Origin: an uncultured Bacilli bacterium | GTDB lineage: Bacteria > Bacillota_I > Bacilli_A > RF39 > UBA660 | Assembly (NCBI GenBank): GCA_934098515.1 | Contig: CAKOOK010000001.1 | Location: 89,076-153,075 of the forward strand | DNA length: 64,000 bases | Direction: 5' to 3' | Shown here: positions 16,087 through 24,052 of the stretch, piece after piece | Layout: each line of letters starts with the position of its first letter | How positions within the stretch are numbered: the stretch's first letter is position 1 | Notes under the pieces: generated by a model | Database searches by the model: none | What the model was told of the DNA's origin: nothing | What the model saw: only the letters and a program-made list of their open reading frames with translations | Made by a program: the position numbers and the translations under genes

Positions 16087-18324
16087 GAATTTCTTAAATA
16101 CGTTATGTTTTTTACTTAAAATGAACAGTGTTACTGAGATAAATAGACTTGATAGAAGGACTGCAGTTAGATTGCTTATTCCAGTTTTAGGATTTTCGGT
16201 GCTGTTTTGATTTTGATTAACATCACCGCTTATGATTGTTTCTCCGTTACCTTCTTCTTTGTTAATATCAATTATTTTAATGGTTTTGGTTCCTTTAATG
16301 CCACTTCCGTCTTTTGCTGATGCCGTAACAATTACTTCTCCTTCTTTTAAGCCAGTTAGAATACCGCTTTGATTGATTGTTGCTACGCGGACATTGTTAA
16401 CACTCCAATAGATATCTTTATTACTAGCATTTGATGGAGTTATTTCTGCTGATAAGTTTAGGGTGCCTGCAACACTTATTTCATTGTTACCAATTATGCT
16501 TATGTTTGTTATAGGTATACTTTTTTTATCTCCTATAGTAAAGGTTGTTTTAGCATTAGCGTTAGTTGAGGCAATAGTTACTTCATATGTGCCAGCGGTT
16601 GCTTTATCAGTTAGAGTTATTTTTATGCCAGTTGTGTCTTTTGTAATTGTAAACTGGTTTGTTACGTCAATATTTTTTTTAGTAATTTTTATGTTTAAAG
16701 TATTGGGGTTTACGTTTGTTAGGTTTAGGGTTATATAGACGTATCCACCATTTTGAATGTTAAGGTCAGTTGGAGTCTTTGTGGTGTTTTTGATTTCAAT
16801 GTTTTCTTTTTCATTTTTAGTAAATACTGAGATAACTGGGTAGAACTGAAGAGCACTATTTGATGTGGTGTCGATCCATGATGTTGTATCAAGGCTGTAG
16901 TAGCTTACTTTACTAGGTTTGTTTGCTACGTAGTACCATTTATCTTCAGCTGTGCTTGATGAAGCAAAGGCTTCTACTGGGAAGATGTTATAAGTTTCAC
17001 CATTATCTACTTCTTTATATAAGGTAGTGTATTTTAGATAGATGTAATATTTTTCTTTAGTTATACTAATTTTATTAGATATATTTACTGAGGTATAACC
17101 TACTTTACTAGCAGTTCCTTCACCTATTTTAGTAGCTTTACTAAAGTCATCAACATCTGAGTAGTAAAGTTCATACTTGTCGCCTGGATAACCAGTAAAG
17201 ATATTTACTTTAGTAAGTTTTTCTGAAGCACTACTTTGTTTAGTATAAATATTTTTAAAATAAAGAACGGATGTATCAGTTGTTTGAATATCACCACTAA
17301 AGCCATGAATGTTATTTGAATATTTATTATCAAATGATGTTGTTTCAACTTTATAAGCACTCATTAAACTTGAACAAATATTAGTATCATAATAACTTAC
17401 ATAGTGATATCCAGCTGGAATAGTATTGTTTCCAGGAAAGATTGTGGGATATGTGTCTTTAGTAAGCCATGCTCCGTTTCCTTTAGGAGTAGTTTTAAAA
17501 TTAGAAGCACTATAGTCATCATCCCACCCTACTATTGTTAAGGCGTGATTAATTGTGTTATTTCCATTATAGTAATATGATAGTTTATCATTTGATACAT
17601 ATGCAGGAGTTTCAGCATATATTTGAGCACCTACTGCACCATACTCAGTAAGATTCTTTTTAATTGCTAGAATGGTATTTGCATCACAAGATGCGCTTGA
17701 TACGTAGTCAATTTCATTTACATAGTAGTCACTTTTTTGATTTAGTGTATTTGTTTTGGAACTTGATGTAGTACTCCAAGGTAGTTTTGTTTCTAAAATT
17801 GGGCCGCGGCCAGATGATAGATAAGCACCAGATAGGTAGTAGTTTCCACCCTCATCTTTAGTTTTACTATAGTAGCCAAAAGGGTTTTTAGTGCCATCAT
17901 CTAATGAGTAAACTGTGCTATAGTCGATATGTTTTTCAGATAAATCTATTTCTTTATTTTGCTCAATTAATAATGATGACTCTATTACAGAAGTGGTTGC
18001 AAATGTCCAGCACATACTAGTATTACCTTGATCATGGGCTTTACTTACTTTATTATAATCTAGTAATGAGAATTTTCTTAAAGTTTTATAATCTACATTA
18101 AAAGCGTTACCAACAGATGCAGTTAGATTCTTATTGGTTGTATAAAATTCTTCACACTTTACAGGCATTATAGTATTTTCTTTTTCAGTTGGAGACAATA
18201 ATTTCCATTTTTTATAATTTTCAGTTTCTGTGCATAAATTATTTTCTGCTTTAATATATGATAAGGCATTAACATTTGATGTTATTGCTAGAAGTGCAAT
18301 TAATAATACTATTTTCTTTTTCAT
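16084..18324 (-). CDS. Cell-wall-sorted papain-family (C1) cysteine protease with a Big_2-like Ig domain
   Basis: Signal peptide. Catalytic Cys motif QGNTSMCWTFATTSVIES, His motif NHALTIVGWDDD and GNGAWLTKD. Ig-like segment ..LSAEITPSNASNKDIYWSVNN..ATINQSGILTGLKEGEVIVTA. C-terminal NPKTG plus hydrophobic stretch plus KKHNVFKKF. Confidence 0.8.
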   Translation of the reverse strand: MKKKIVLLIALLAITSNVNALSYIKAENNLCTETENYKKWKLLSPTEKENTIMPVKCEEFYTTNKNLTASVGNAFNVDYKTLRKFSLLDYNKVSKAHDQGNTSMCWTFATTSVIESSLLIEQNKEIDLSEKHIDYSTVYSLDDGTKNPFGYYSKTKDEGGNYYLSGAYLSSGRGPILETKLPWSTTSSSKTNTLNQKSDYYVNEIDYVSSASCDANTILAIKKNLTEYGAVGAQIYAETPAYVSNDKLSYYYNGNNTINHALTIVGWDDDYSASNFKTTPKGNGAWLTKDTYPTIFPGNNTIPAGYHYVSYYDTNICSSLMSAYKVETTSFDNKYSNNIHGFSGDIQTTDTSVLYFKNIYTKQSSASEKLTKVNIFTGYPGDKYELYYSDVDDFSKATKIGEGTASKVGYTSVNISNKISITKEKYYIYLKYTTLYKEVDNGETYNIFPVEAFASSSTAEDKWYYVANKPSKVSYYSLDTTSWIDTTSNSALQFYPVISVFTKNEKENIEIKNTTKTPTDLNIQNGGYVYITLNLTNVNPNTLNIKITKKNIDVTNQFTITKDTTGIKITLTDKATAGTYEVTIASTNANAKTTFTIGDKKSIPITNISIIGNNEISVAGTLNLSAEITPSNASNKDIYWSVNNVRVATINQSGILTGLKEGEVIVTASAKDGSGIKGTKTIKIIDINKEEGNGETIISGDVNQNQNSTENPKTGISNLTAVLLSSLFISVTLFILSKKHNVFKKF

Positions 18325-18443
18325 TTTTTACTCCTATTATCTATTAAAATTATAAGTTATTAGGAGGATGTTGTCAATTAAAAAAGGCTAACTTAGATGG
18401 TGCACTTTTACGTGTTTTTAGTCAAGTAATGGTTTCTAATAGG

Positions 18444-18469
18444 ATTAAAAAAATGCCTTGAAGGCATTT
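18444..18469 (-). terminator. Rho-independent terminator after the cotZ-like gene
   Basis: Minus strand AAAUGCCU-UCA-AGGCAUUU followed by UUUUUAAUCC. Confidence 0.7.
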
Positions 18470-18917
18470 AGTTATTGCATATGTTGTCTACGAAGCAATC
18501 GTTTAGGCATCTAATAGCACAGCAACAGTTTAGGTTCATTGTGAAGAAACTGTTTGTTGATAGATATGGCTCTGTTGTGCTATCTGCATTTGCTACTAAA
18601 ACTCTAAATGTTGCACAGTTGTTGTCTACCTTTTCTACTCTAAATACTGTACTACAGTTTGTGGCTCCAGTTGCAGTGCAGTCAGTAGTAGCTTCTTTAG
18701 TTGTTGGCATACTAAATGGTGTTCCATTACCAGCACATGTATAAAGCATTATTGGTCTAGTGTTACAAACTATGCAGTTTGGAGAGCCTCCTAGCATTGG
18801 TCTATCGCATGAATCTAGTCCACTTTCAGGACAAACGTTTTGCTGAAGTATTTGAATTACTTTTAGAGTTTCAGCAATGCAGTTGCCAGAGTTTGTTTCA
18901 GTATTATTATTACACAT
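18468..18917 (-). CDS. CotY/CotZ-family spore coat/exosporium protein
   Basis: Cys-rich 149 aa. TVFRVEKVDNNCATFRVL and NLNCCCAIRCLND closely parallel B. subtilis CotZ/CotY motifs (TVFFRVERV..CATL and DLDCFCAINCLNP). Confidence 0.75.
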   Translation of the reverse strand: MCNNNTETNSGNCIAETLKVIQILQQNVCPESGLDSCDRPMLGGSPNCIVCNTRPIMLYTCAGNGTPFSMPTTKEATTDCTATGATNCSTVFRVEKVDNNCATFRVLVANADSTTEPYLSTNSFFTMNLNCCCAIRCLNDCFVDNICNN

Positions 18918-18945
18918 ATTAATTCACCCTTTCATTTTCTCAATA

Positions 18946-18973
18946 TATTTTATGTAAATTGGTAGTATTTAGT
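18946..18973 (-). promoter_or_regulatory. Sigma-K-like late-sporulation promoter candidate for the cotZ-like gene
   Basis: Minus strand AC-N17-CATAAAATA (consensus AC-N16/17-CATA---TA), about 25 nt upstream of RBS AAAGGGTGA. AT-rich background makes chance matches likely. Confidence 0.3.
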
Positions 18974-19023
18974 GATTTTATTTTTTGTTTTATTATAGTA
19001 TAATATTTTTAGGTGATGAATAT

Positions 19024-19335
19024 ATGTGGTGGCAATATTTAATTATATTTTTTGTATTATTAATTATTTCATTTGTAGTTGTTAAACTTAATAAGAAGAA
19101 TTTTACTTATGAGATAAATAAGTTAGTACAATATTTAGGTGGTAAAGAAAATATTATAGATAGTGAAGTTACAATGTCTAGATTAAAGGTTACTTTAAAG
19201 GATGTTACTTTAGCAGATAAGGAAGCTATTCAAAGGCTTGGTGCTAAGGGAATTGTAGAAATTGATAATCAGCTTAAGATAATATTTGGGCCGAATGCTA
19301 AAACATTAAAAAAATACATTAGTGAAATGAAGTAG
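19024..19335 (+). CDS. Membrane-anchored PTS EIIB(Glc)-like domain protein lacking the phospho-cysteine
   Basis: Start moved to ATG 19024 (AGGTGA RBS). One TM helix, then YLGGKENIIDSEVTMSRLKVTLKD..LGAKGIVE..QLKIIFGPNA matches the EIIB fold motif. The usual C(I/A)TRLR Cys is replaced by M-S. Confidence 0.55.
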   Translation: MWWQYLIIFFVLLIISFVVVKLNKKNFTYEINKLVQYLGGKENIIDSEVTMSRLKVTLKDVTLADKEAIQRLGAKGIVEIDNQLKIIFGPNAKTLKKYISEMK

Positions 19336-19353
19336 CTAATGTATTTTTATTTA

Positions 19354-19851
19354 TTATGGTCGCTCATTTTTGTATGGTTCATGGCACACGTTTTTTGAGT
19401 TTAAATCTAGAGATGCAGTTACTGTTTTGTATGTTGCATCTAGAGTTATGTTAATGTCTAAGCAGTCCATGCACATATTTTTATCTAATGGATTATAGAT
19501 GCTGCATGATTTTTTTTGAGAAGTCCCTTCATCTTTGTTTTCTTTTTTTAGGTCTCCAGAGTCAATTAGGTCGGCAATGTTTAAAACAAATTTGTATTTA
19601 CATTTGTTGTTTGTACACTCACAGTAAGTGTTATTTGCAGTACATGCACCAAAGTAGCTTTTGTATTTATTTGAGTTGTTTTGAACATGAACGATTGCGG
19701 CGTTTTCGATGCTTTCAATTTTAGCGTTTAGGGCTTTTTCGTTCATTCGATCACGCATTTTAAAAATTCCGGGAATAGCGATTACCATTACTAATGAGAT
19801 TAGTACAAGTACTGCTAAAAGTTCTACTAGGGTAAATCCTTTATTTTTCAT
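19354..19851 (-). CDS. Type IV pilin / pseudopilin with a prepilin-type N-terminal methylation motif
   Basis: MKNKGFTLVELLAVLVLISLVMVIAI shows the canonical G/FTLxE cleavage-methylation site. The globular part contains 7 Cys. Confidence 0.85.
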   Translation of the reverse strand: MKNKGFTLVELLAVLVLISLVMVIAIPGIFKMRDRMNEKALNAKIESIENAAIVHVQNNSNKYKSYFGACTANNTYCECTNNKCKYKFVLNIADLIDSGDLKKENKDEGTSQKKSCSIYNPLDKNMCMDCLDINITLDATYKTVTASLDLNSKNVCHEPYKNERP

Positions 19852-19860
19852 AGTTCCTCC

Positions 19861-20616
19861 TTATAGGCCTAGTAAGGCGTTTATAAATATGTTTGCTAAA
19901 TCAGCATTAAAGTATAGTAGTAACATGCTTGTTACTAGGAATGGCCCAAATGGTAGCATTCCTTCTTCTCCTTTAACACTAATATACATAGCGTATGGAA
20001 ATGCTAGAAATGATGCTAAGATGATATAGAATATTCCTAGGACTGGGCCTAGAGTAAGTCCAGCGATGAATGATAGTTTAATGTCCCCTCCACCTAGAGA
20101 TTCTTTTTTAAATAAGAAGTTTCCAAGCAACATTAATAAATATACGATAATAAATATTAATAAACCAGATAAAATACTATATATGCCTTCTTTTAGTCCA
20201 AGACTAATAATTTTAATGATGGTGATAAGAATACCTGATATTATTAATGGACTATCATTTATGATCATGTATTTAGAGTCACTTACAAAGATAATTGATA
20301 CTAAACTTGATATGATTATGGCAATAGCAAATTCGTAAGTTAAGCCAAAGATTATATAACTAGCAGTAAAGAGAACTCCTGTTAAAAGCTCGATGGCTGG
20401 ATAGATAAATGATATCTTTTGTTTGCATTTTTTACATTTTCCTTTTAAGAATATGAAAGACAATACAGGGATGTTTTCATACCAAGATAGTTTATGATTA
20501 CATTTTGGGCAGTGACTTCCTGGTTTAATGATTGATTCACCCTCTGGAAGTCTTAGTCCAACTACGTTATAAAAAGAGCCAAATATAAGGCCTATTATAA
20601 AGATTAATATTCCCAT
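19861..20616 (-). CDS. pilD: Prepilin peptidase (A24 family)
   Basis: CPKCNHKLSWYENIPVLSFIFLKGKCKKCKQKI zinc-ribbon segment, GGGDIKL aspartate motif, about 7 TM helices. Confidence 0.85.
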   Translation of the reverse strand: MGILIFIIGLIFGSFYNVVGLRLPEGESIIKPGSHCPKCNHKLSWYENIPVLSFIFLKGKCKKCKQKISFIYPAIELLTGVLFTASYIIFGLTYEFAIAIIISSLVSIIFVSDSKYMIINDSPLIISGILITIIKIISLGLKEGIYSILSGLLIFIIVYLLMLLGNFLFKKESLGGGDIKLSFIAGLTLGPVLGIFYIILASFLAFPYAMYISVKGEEGMLPFGPFLVTSMLLLYFNADLANIFINALLGL

Positions 20617-20623
20617 GGTGCAC

Positions 20624-22267
20624 CTACTTAATTTGACTGTAAAGGCTGAACATTGGTAAGATGACAGCTAGAACGATACCACCTACTACTACAGCTAGGA
20701 AGATAATCATTACTGGTTCGATGAAGTTTTTCATGTTGTTGATGATTGTTTTGTGTTCTGTTTGGTAGTAGTCTGCTACTTTACTCATCATTGCGGCTAG
20801 TTCACCAGTGGATTCTCCAGTTACAATCATGTAGTATGCTACTTCGGGGACAGCCCATTGGTCTTTGAATGATGTGCTTATTTTTTCTCCTTTGGCGATG
20901 TTGTTTACTGTTTTAAACATAATTTCTTTGTATACTTCATTAGTTGTTATTTCACTTAAAAGGTTAATGCTCTCAGTGATAAAGACGTTGTTTTTTAGTA
21001 GTGATGCAAAGGTTTTAGCAAAGATATTCATTTCTTTATAAATGATTATTTTACCAAAGATAGGTATTTTCATAGCAAATATTTGGAAGTTTTTTCTAAA
21101 TGATTTTACTTTTTTGTATAGGACGATAATGATTGAGATTATTATTACTAAGCCACCTATGATTAGGGCAAAGTTAGTGTCAAAGAATTTACTTAGGTTT
21201 AGTATCCATAGTGTATAACCATTAAGAGTTGCTCCTGTTGATGAGTATACGTCTTCAAATTGGGGGATAACGTATAGCATGATGAAGACAATGACTGCAA
21301 TGGAAAAGACTGATATGATTGCTGGATAACTCATGGCGTTTATCATGGCTTTTCTGGTGTTTTCTAGTTCTGTATAGTAGTCTGCCAAGTCATCTAGGGT
21401 TTCTTCTAGTTCGCCTGTTGCTTCAGCGGCTTTGACCATACTTATAAGTAATGCTGGAAATGAGTTTCTTTGTTTTTCTAAGGAGCTTGAGAAAGATTCT
21501 CCTAGAGTAAGGTTGTAAATTATTGAATCAAAGACTTTTTTCTTTCTTGGGTTTTTACTCATTTGTTTACCTAGGATGCGCATTGAGTCAGTTAAAGTTA
21601 TTCCGGCTTTTAGATAAGTAGATAACTGAGTTAACCAGAATATTAGATCTTTGTTTTTGAAACGGAAATTATTAAATTCTGAAGGGCCATAAAAAAGTTC
21701 AATATATTTGCTTGTTTCAATTGAAAGAACGGTGTAACCTTCACTAGTTAGGTATGTGTATACTTCCATTTTAGAGTATGCGTAGAAGGTGTTTATTACT
21801 TTTTTGCCTGAACTATCTAAAGCAACATATTTATAAGTTAATGGCTTTTCACTTCTTTCAGTGTCTGTTTGAAGGGCAGCTATTAGATTTTTATTTTGGG
21901 CTAGTTCTTTTTCTTTTTGTTTTTTTACAAAAGAAAGATTGTTATAGAATTTGTTCCATTTGTCGCCTAGAGTTTCTGTGTATTCCATTTTGTATGGGTC
22001 ATCGTTTTTTACTTCTTTTTTTTCTTCGCCTTTGAATGCAGATGTGCCACTATCTAGGTTTACTGCTTCTTCAACCATTTCTTTAACTCCCGAATTTTTT
22101 CTGGCATTTTCTTCATATTTGCTATATGCTTTGTCCCCTATTTTGTTAAATATAAAGATAAATGGGTATAGTAAAGCGTAAAGTGTGTAATAGATTCCAA
22201 GTACTTCATATTTTAGGAGATTTATGGGAAATAACAAGATTTTAATTATTGGGCTTTGCTTTTTCAT
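20624..22267 (-). CDS. pilC: Type IV pilus / T2SS platform protein (GspF/PilC/ComGB family) with a ~140-aa N-terminal extension
   Basis: YKYVALDSSGKKVINTFYAYSKMEVYTYLTSEGYTVLSIE is a typical PilC N-terminus but begins near aa 145. Two T2SSF repeats follow. The extension holds a hydrophobic hairpin plus an acidic stretch. Confidence 0.8.
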   Translation of the reverse strand: MKKQSPIIKILLFPINLLKYEVLGIYYTLYALLYPFIFIFNKIGDKAYSKYEENARKNSGVKEMVEEAVNLDSGTSAFKGEEKKEVKNDDPYKMEYTETLGDKWNKFYNNLSFVKKQKEKELAQNKNLIAALQTDTERSEKPLTYKYVALDSSGKKVINTFYAYSKMEVYTYLTSEGYTVLSIETSKYIELFYGPSEFNNFRFKNKDLIFWLTQLSTYLKAGITLTDSMRILGKQMSKNPRKKKVFDSIIYNLTLGESFSSSLEKQRNSFPALLISMVKAAEATGELEETLDDLADYYTELENTRKAMINAMSYPAIISVFSIAVIVFIMLYVIPQFEDVYSSTGATLNGYTLWILNLSKFFDTNFALIIGGLVIIISIIIVLYKKVKSFRKNFQIFAMKIPIFGKIIIYKEMNIFAKTFASLLKNNVFITESINLLSEITTNEVYKEIMFKTVNNIAKGEKISTSFKDQWAVPEVAYYMIVTGESTGELAAMMSKVADYYQTEHKTIINNMKNFIEPVMIIFLAVVVGGIVLAVILPMFSLYSQIK

Positions 22268-22293
22268 TTGACCTCCTAATTTATTCTAAATGT

Positions 22294-22321
22294 ATTATAG
22301 CATAGTTTTTTAAGTTGTTAA
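22294..22321 (-). promoter_or_regulatory. Sigma-A promoter candidate for pilC-pilD-pilin
   Basis: Minus strand TTAACA-N16-(TGc)TATAAT with extended -10. RBS TAGGAGGTCAA precedes ATG 22267. Confidence 0.5.
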
Positions 22322-22354
22322 AGTAAAAAGAATTGCTTGCATAAATTATATTAG

Positions 22355-22639
22355 GTGATGTGTGTGTTTGGTAATAGTTTTGTGAGGGTTCTTCCATGGA
22401 TTAGTAAGGGACTTAATGTTGCTAAGAATGTTATTCCACTTTATGAGGGAGCTAAACCGGTTATTAGTGGTGCTAAGAAGTTTTTAAATAGATTTAATAA
22501 TCAAGGTGTTAGTGTTAATGGAAATGCAATATCTAAAGAAAGGATTATTATTGATTATCCTAGGGATAAAAAAGTTATAAAGCATGTTAAAAGTGAGCCA
22601 GTAAAAAAAACTTTGGGTGGTCCAAAGTTCTTTATTTAA
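22355..22639 (+). CDS. Hypothetical small basic protein (weak resemblance to YqfQ/VrrA-type proteins)
   Basis: 94-aa ORF. The start is ambiguous (GTG/ATG cluster after AGGTGA). The C-terminus reads GGPKFFI. It overlaps the mutase gene tail-to-tail by 8 nt. Confidence 0.35.
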   Translation: MMCVFGNSFVRVLPWISKGLNVAKNVIPLYEGAKPVISGAKKFLNRFNNQGVSVNGNAISKERIIIDYPRDKKVIKHVKSEPVKKTLGGPKFFI

Positions 22640-23981
22640 GTTCTTTTTCAATTATATCCATATATTCTTTTTGTCTTGATTCTAGCGTATTTTGATCTTT
22701 GGCTTCAAATCTTAGAGTTATCATTGGGCCAGTGTTTGAGCATCTTACTAGAGCAAAGCCATCTGTGTAGTTTACACGTACTCCGTCTGATGTATTGCAG
22801 TTGTAATTTTTATCTAGTGCATATTTTTTTACTTTTTCAACTATTTCCCATTTTTTATCGTCTGGAGCGTTTAGTCTTATTTCGGGAGTGCTTACATATT
22901 TGGTAAATCCGTCAAGAAGGTTATCTGCTTTAATGCCTTTATTCATTAGAAGTTCTGCTGTTCTTAGACCGGCATATAAGCCGTCGTCATAACCATAGTA
23001 TTTATCTCTAAAGAAGATGTGGCCAGAAAATTCTCCACCGACTAGGGCATCTTCATCATGGGTTACTGATTCAATATAGGCAGAGCCATTTTTTACCATT
23101 AGGGGTACTGCCCCGATTTTTTTTAGTTCTTCTTCTAGGGCACATGAGCATTTAACGTCTAAGATAACTTTTTTCTTGTCAGTGTTTGGGATGATTTCTC
23201 TAGCAAAAATGCCGATTAAAAGGTCTGTACCAATAGTGGTTCCGGTGTTTGTGACGATACCTACTCTGTCTGCATCTCCATCAATACCGATACCTAAATC
23301 GTAATTACGAGTGCGAACTACCGATTTTAACCATTTTAGATTGTTTTCATCGTTAGGATCGGGATTATGAATTGGAAATGAGCCATCACTGTCACAGTTT
23401 AGGAAGGTTACTTCTTGAAATAGTTTAGAGTAAAGCTCTTTTACAATAATAGATGCAGTACCATTGCCACAATCTACTACTACTTTTTGTTTTATTTTAG
23501 GAAATTTGTCTAGTAGCATGTTTAGGTATTCTTCTTTTATATTGTCTTCCTTAATAGTTCCTGAACCTGATGTGAATTCTTCTGTTTTAATTAAATTATA
23601 GATTTCTTCTAGGTGCTCTCTTCTTAAATGAAGGTAGTCTTTACCAAATATTTTAAAGCCGTTGTCTTCTTTTGGGTTATGGCTTGCAGTAATCATGATG
23701 CCATTTTGCTCTTTTCTAGTTATGCAGGCGTAATTTAACATGGGTGTTGTTACTAGGCCAATATCAGTTATGTTTATGCCAGTACTTAATAGTCCTTCGA
23801 TAAGACCAGAATTTAGTTCTTCACTGCTAAGTCTATTGTCATGGCCAATTATACAGGAGTCTTCATCATGGCTTTTTAAGTATGTTCCGCACGCTTTACC
23901 TACTCTTATAGCAATTTCTTTGTTAATATCTTGTGGATAAGTTCCCCTTATATCGTTTTCTCTTAATATATTGTAGTTCAT
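22632..23981 (-). CDS. Phosphomannomutase/phosphoglucomutase-family hexosephosphate mutase
   Basis: Active-site ITASHNPKEDNGFK, metal loop GIDGDADRVGIV, GGEFSGHIFF, and FPIHNPDP. The N-terminus (NDIRGTY) looks more PMM/PGM-like than GlmM-like. Confidence 0.8.
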   Translation of the reverse strand: MNYNILRENDIRGTYPQDINKEIAIRVGKACGTYLKSHDEDSCIIGHDNRLSSEELNSGLIEGLLSTGINITDIGLVTTPMLNYACITRKEQNGIMITASHNPKEDNGFKIFGKDYLHLRREHLEEIYNLIKTEEFTSGSGTIKEDNIKEEYLNMLLDKFPKIKQKVVVDCGNGTASIIVKELYSKLFQEVTFLNCDSDGSFPIHNPDPNDENNLKWLKSVVRTRNYDLGIGIDGDADRVGIVTNTGTTIGTDLLIGIFAREIIPNTDKKKVILDVKCSCALEEELKKIGAVPLMVKNGSAYIESVTHDEDALVGGEFSGHIFFRDKYYGYDDGLYAGLRTAELLMNKGIKADNLLDGFTKYVSTPEIRLNAPDDKKWEIVEKVKKYALDKNYNCNTSDGVRVNYTDGFALVRCSNTGPMITLRFEAKDQNTLESRQKEYMDIIEKELK

Positions 23982-24004
23982 AGTCTCACCTATTTTAATT
24001 ATAT

Positions 24005-24042
24005 AATAAAAAAAGAGTAATTTTTAGTTTTTGTTACTCTTT
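24005..24042 (-). terminator. Terminator after gpmI
   Basis: Minus strand AGAGUAA-N13-UUACUCU followed by UUUUUUAUU. Confidence 0.5.
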
Positions 24043-24052
24043 TTCTTTTATT

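Noticed and set aside
18985-19023. Upstream extension (MFYYSIIFLGDEY) of the EIIB-like ORF given in the ORF track
   Set aside because: It starts at a non-ATG codon inside the promoter-like TATAAT region. An AGGTGA RBS is correctly spaced for ATG 19024 instead.
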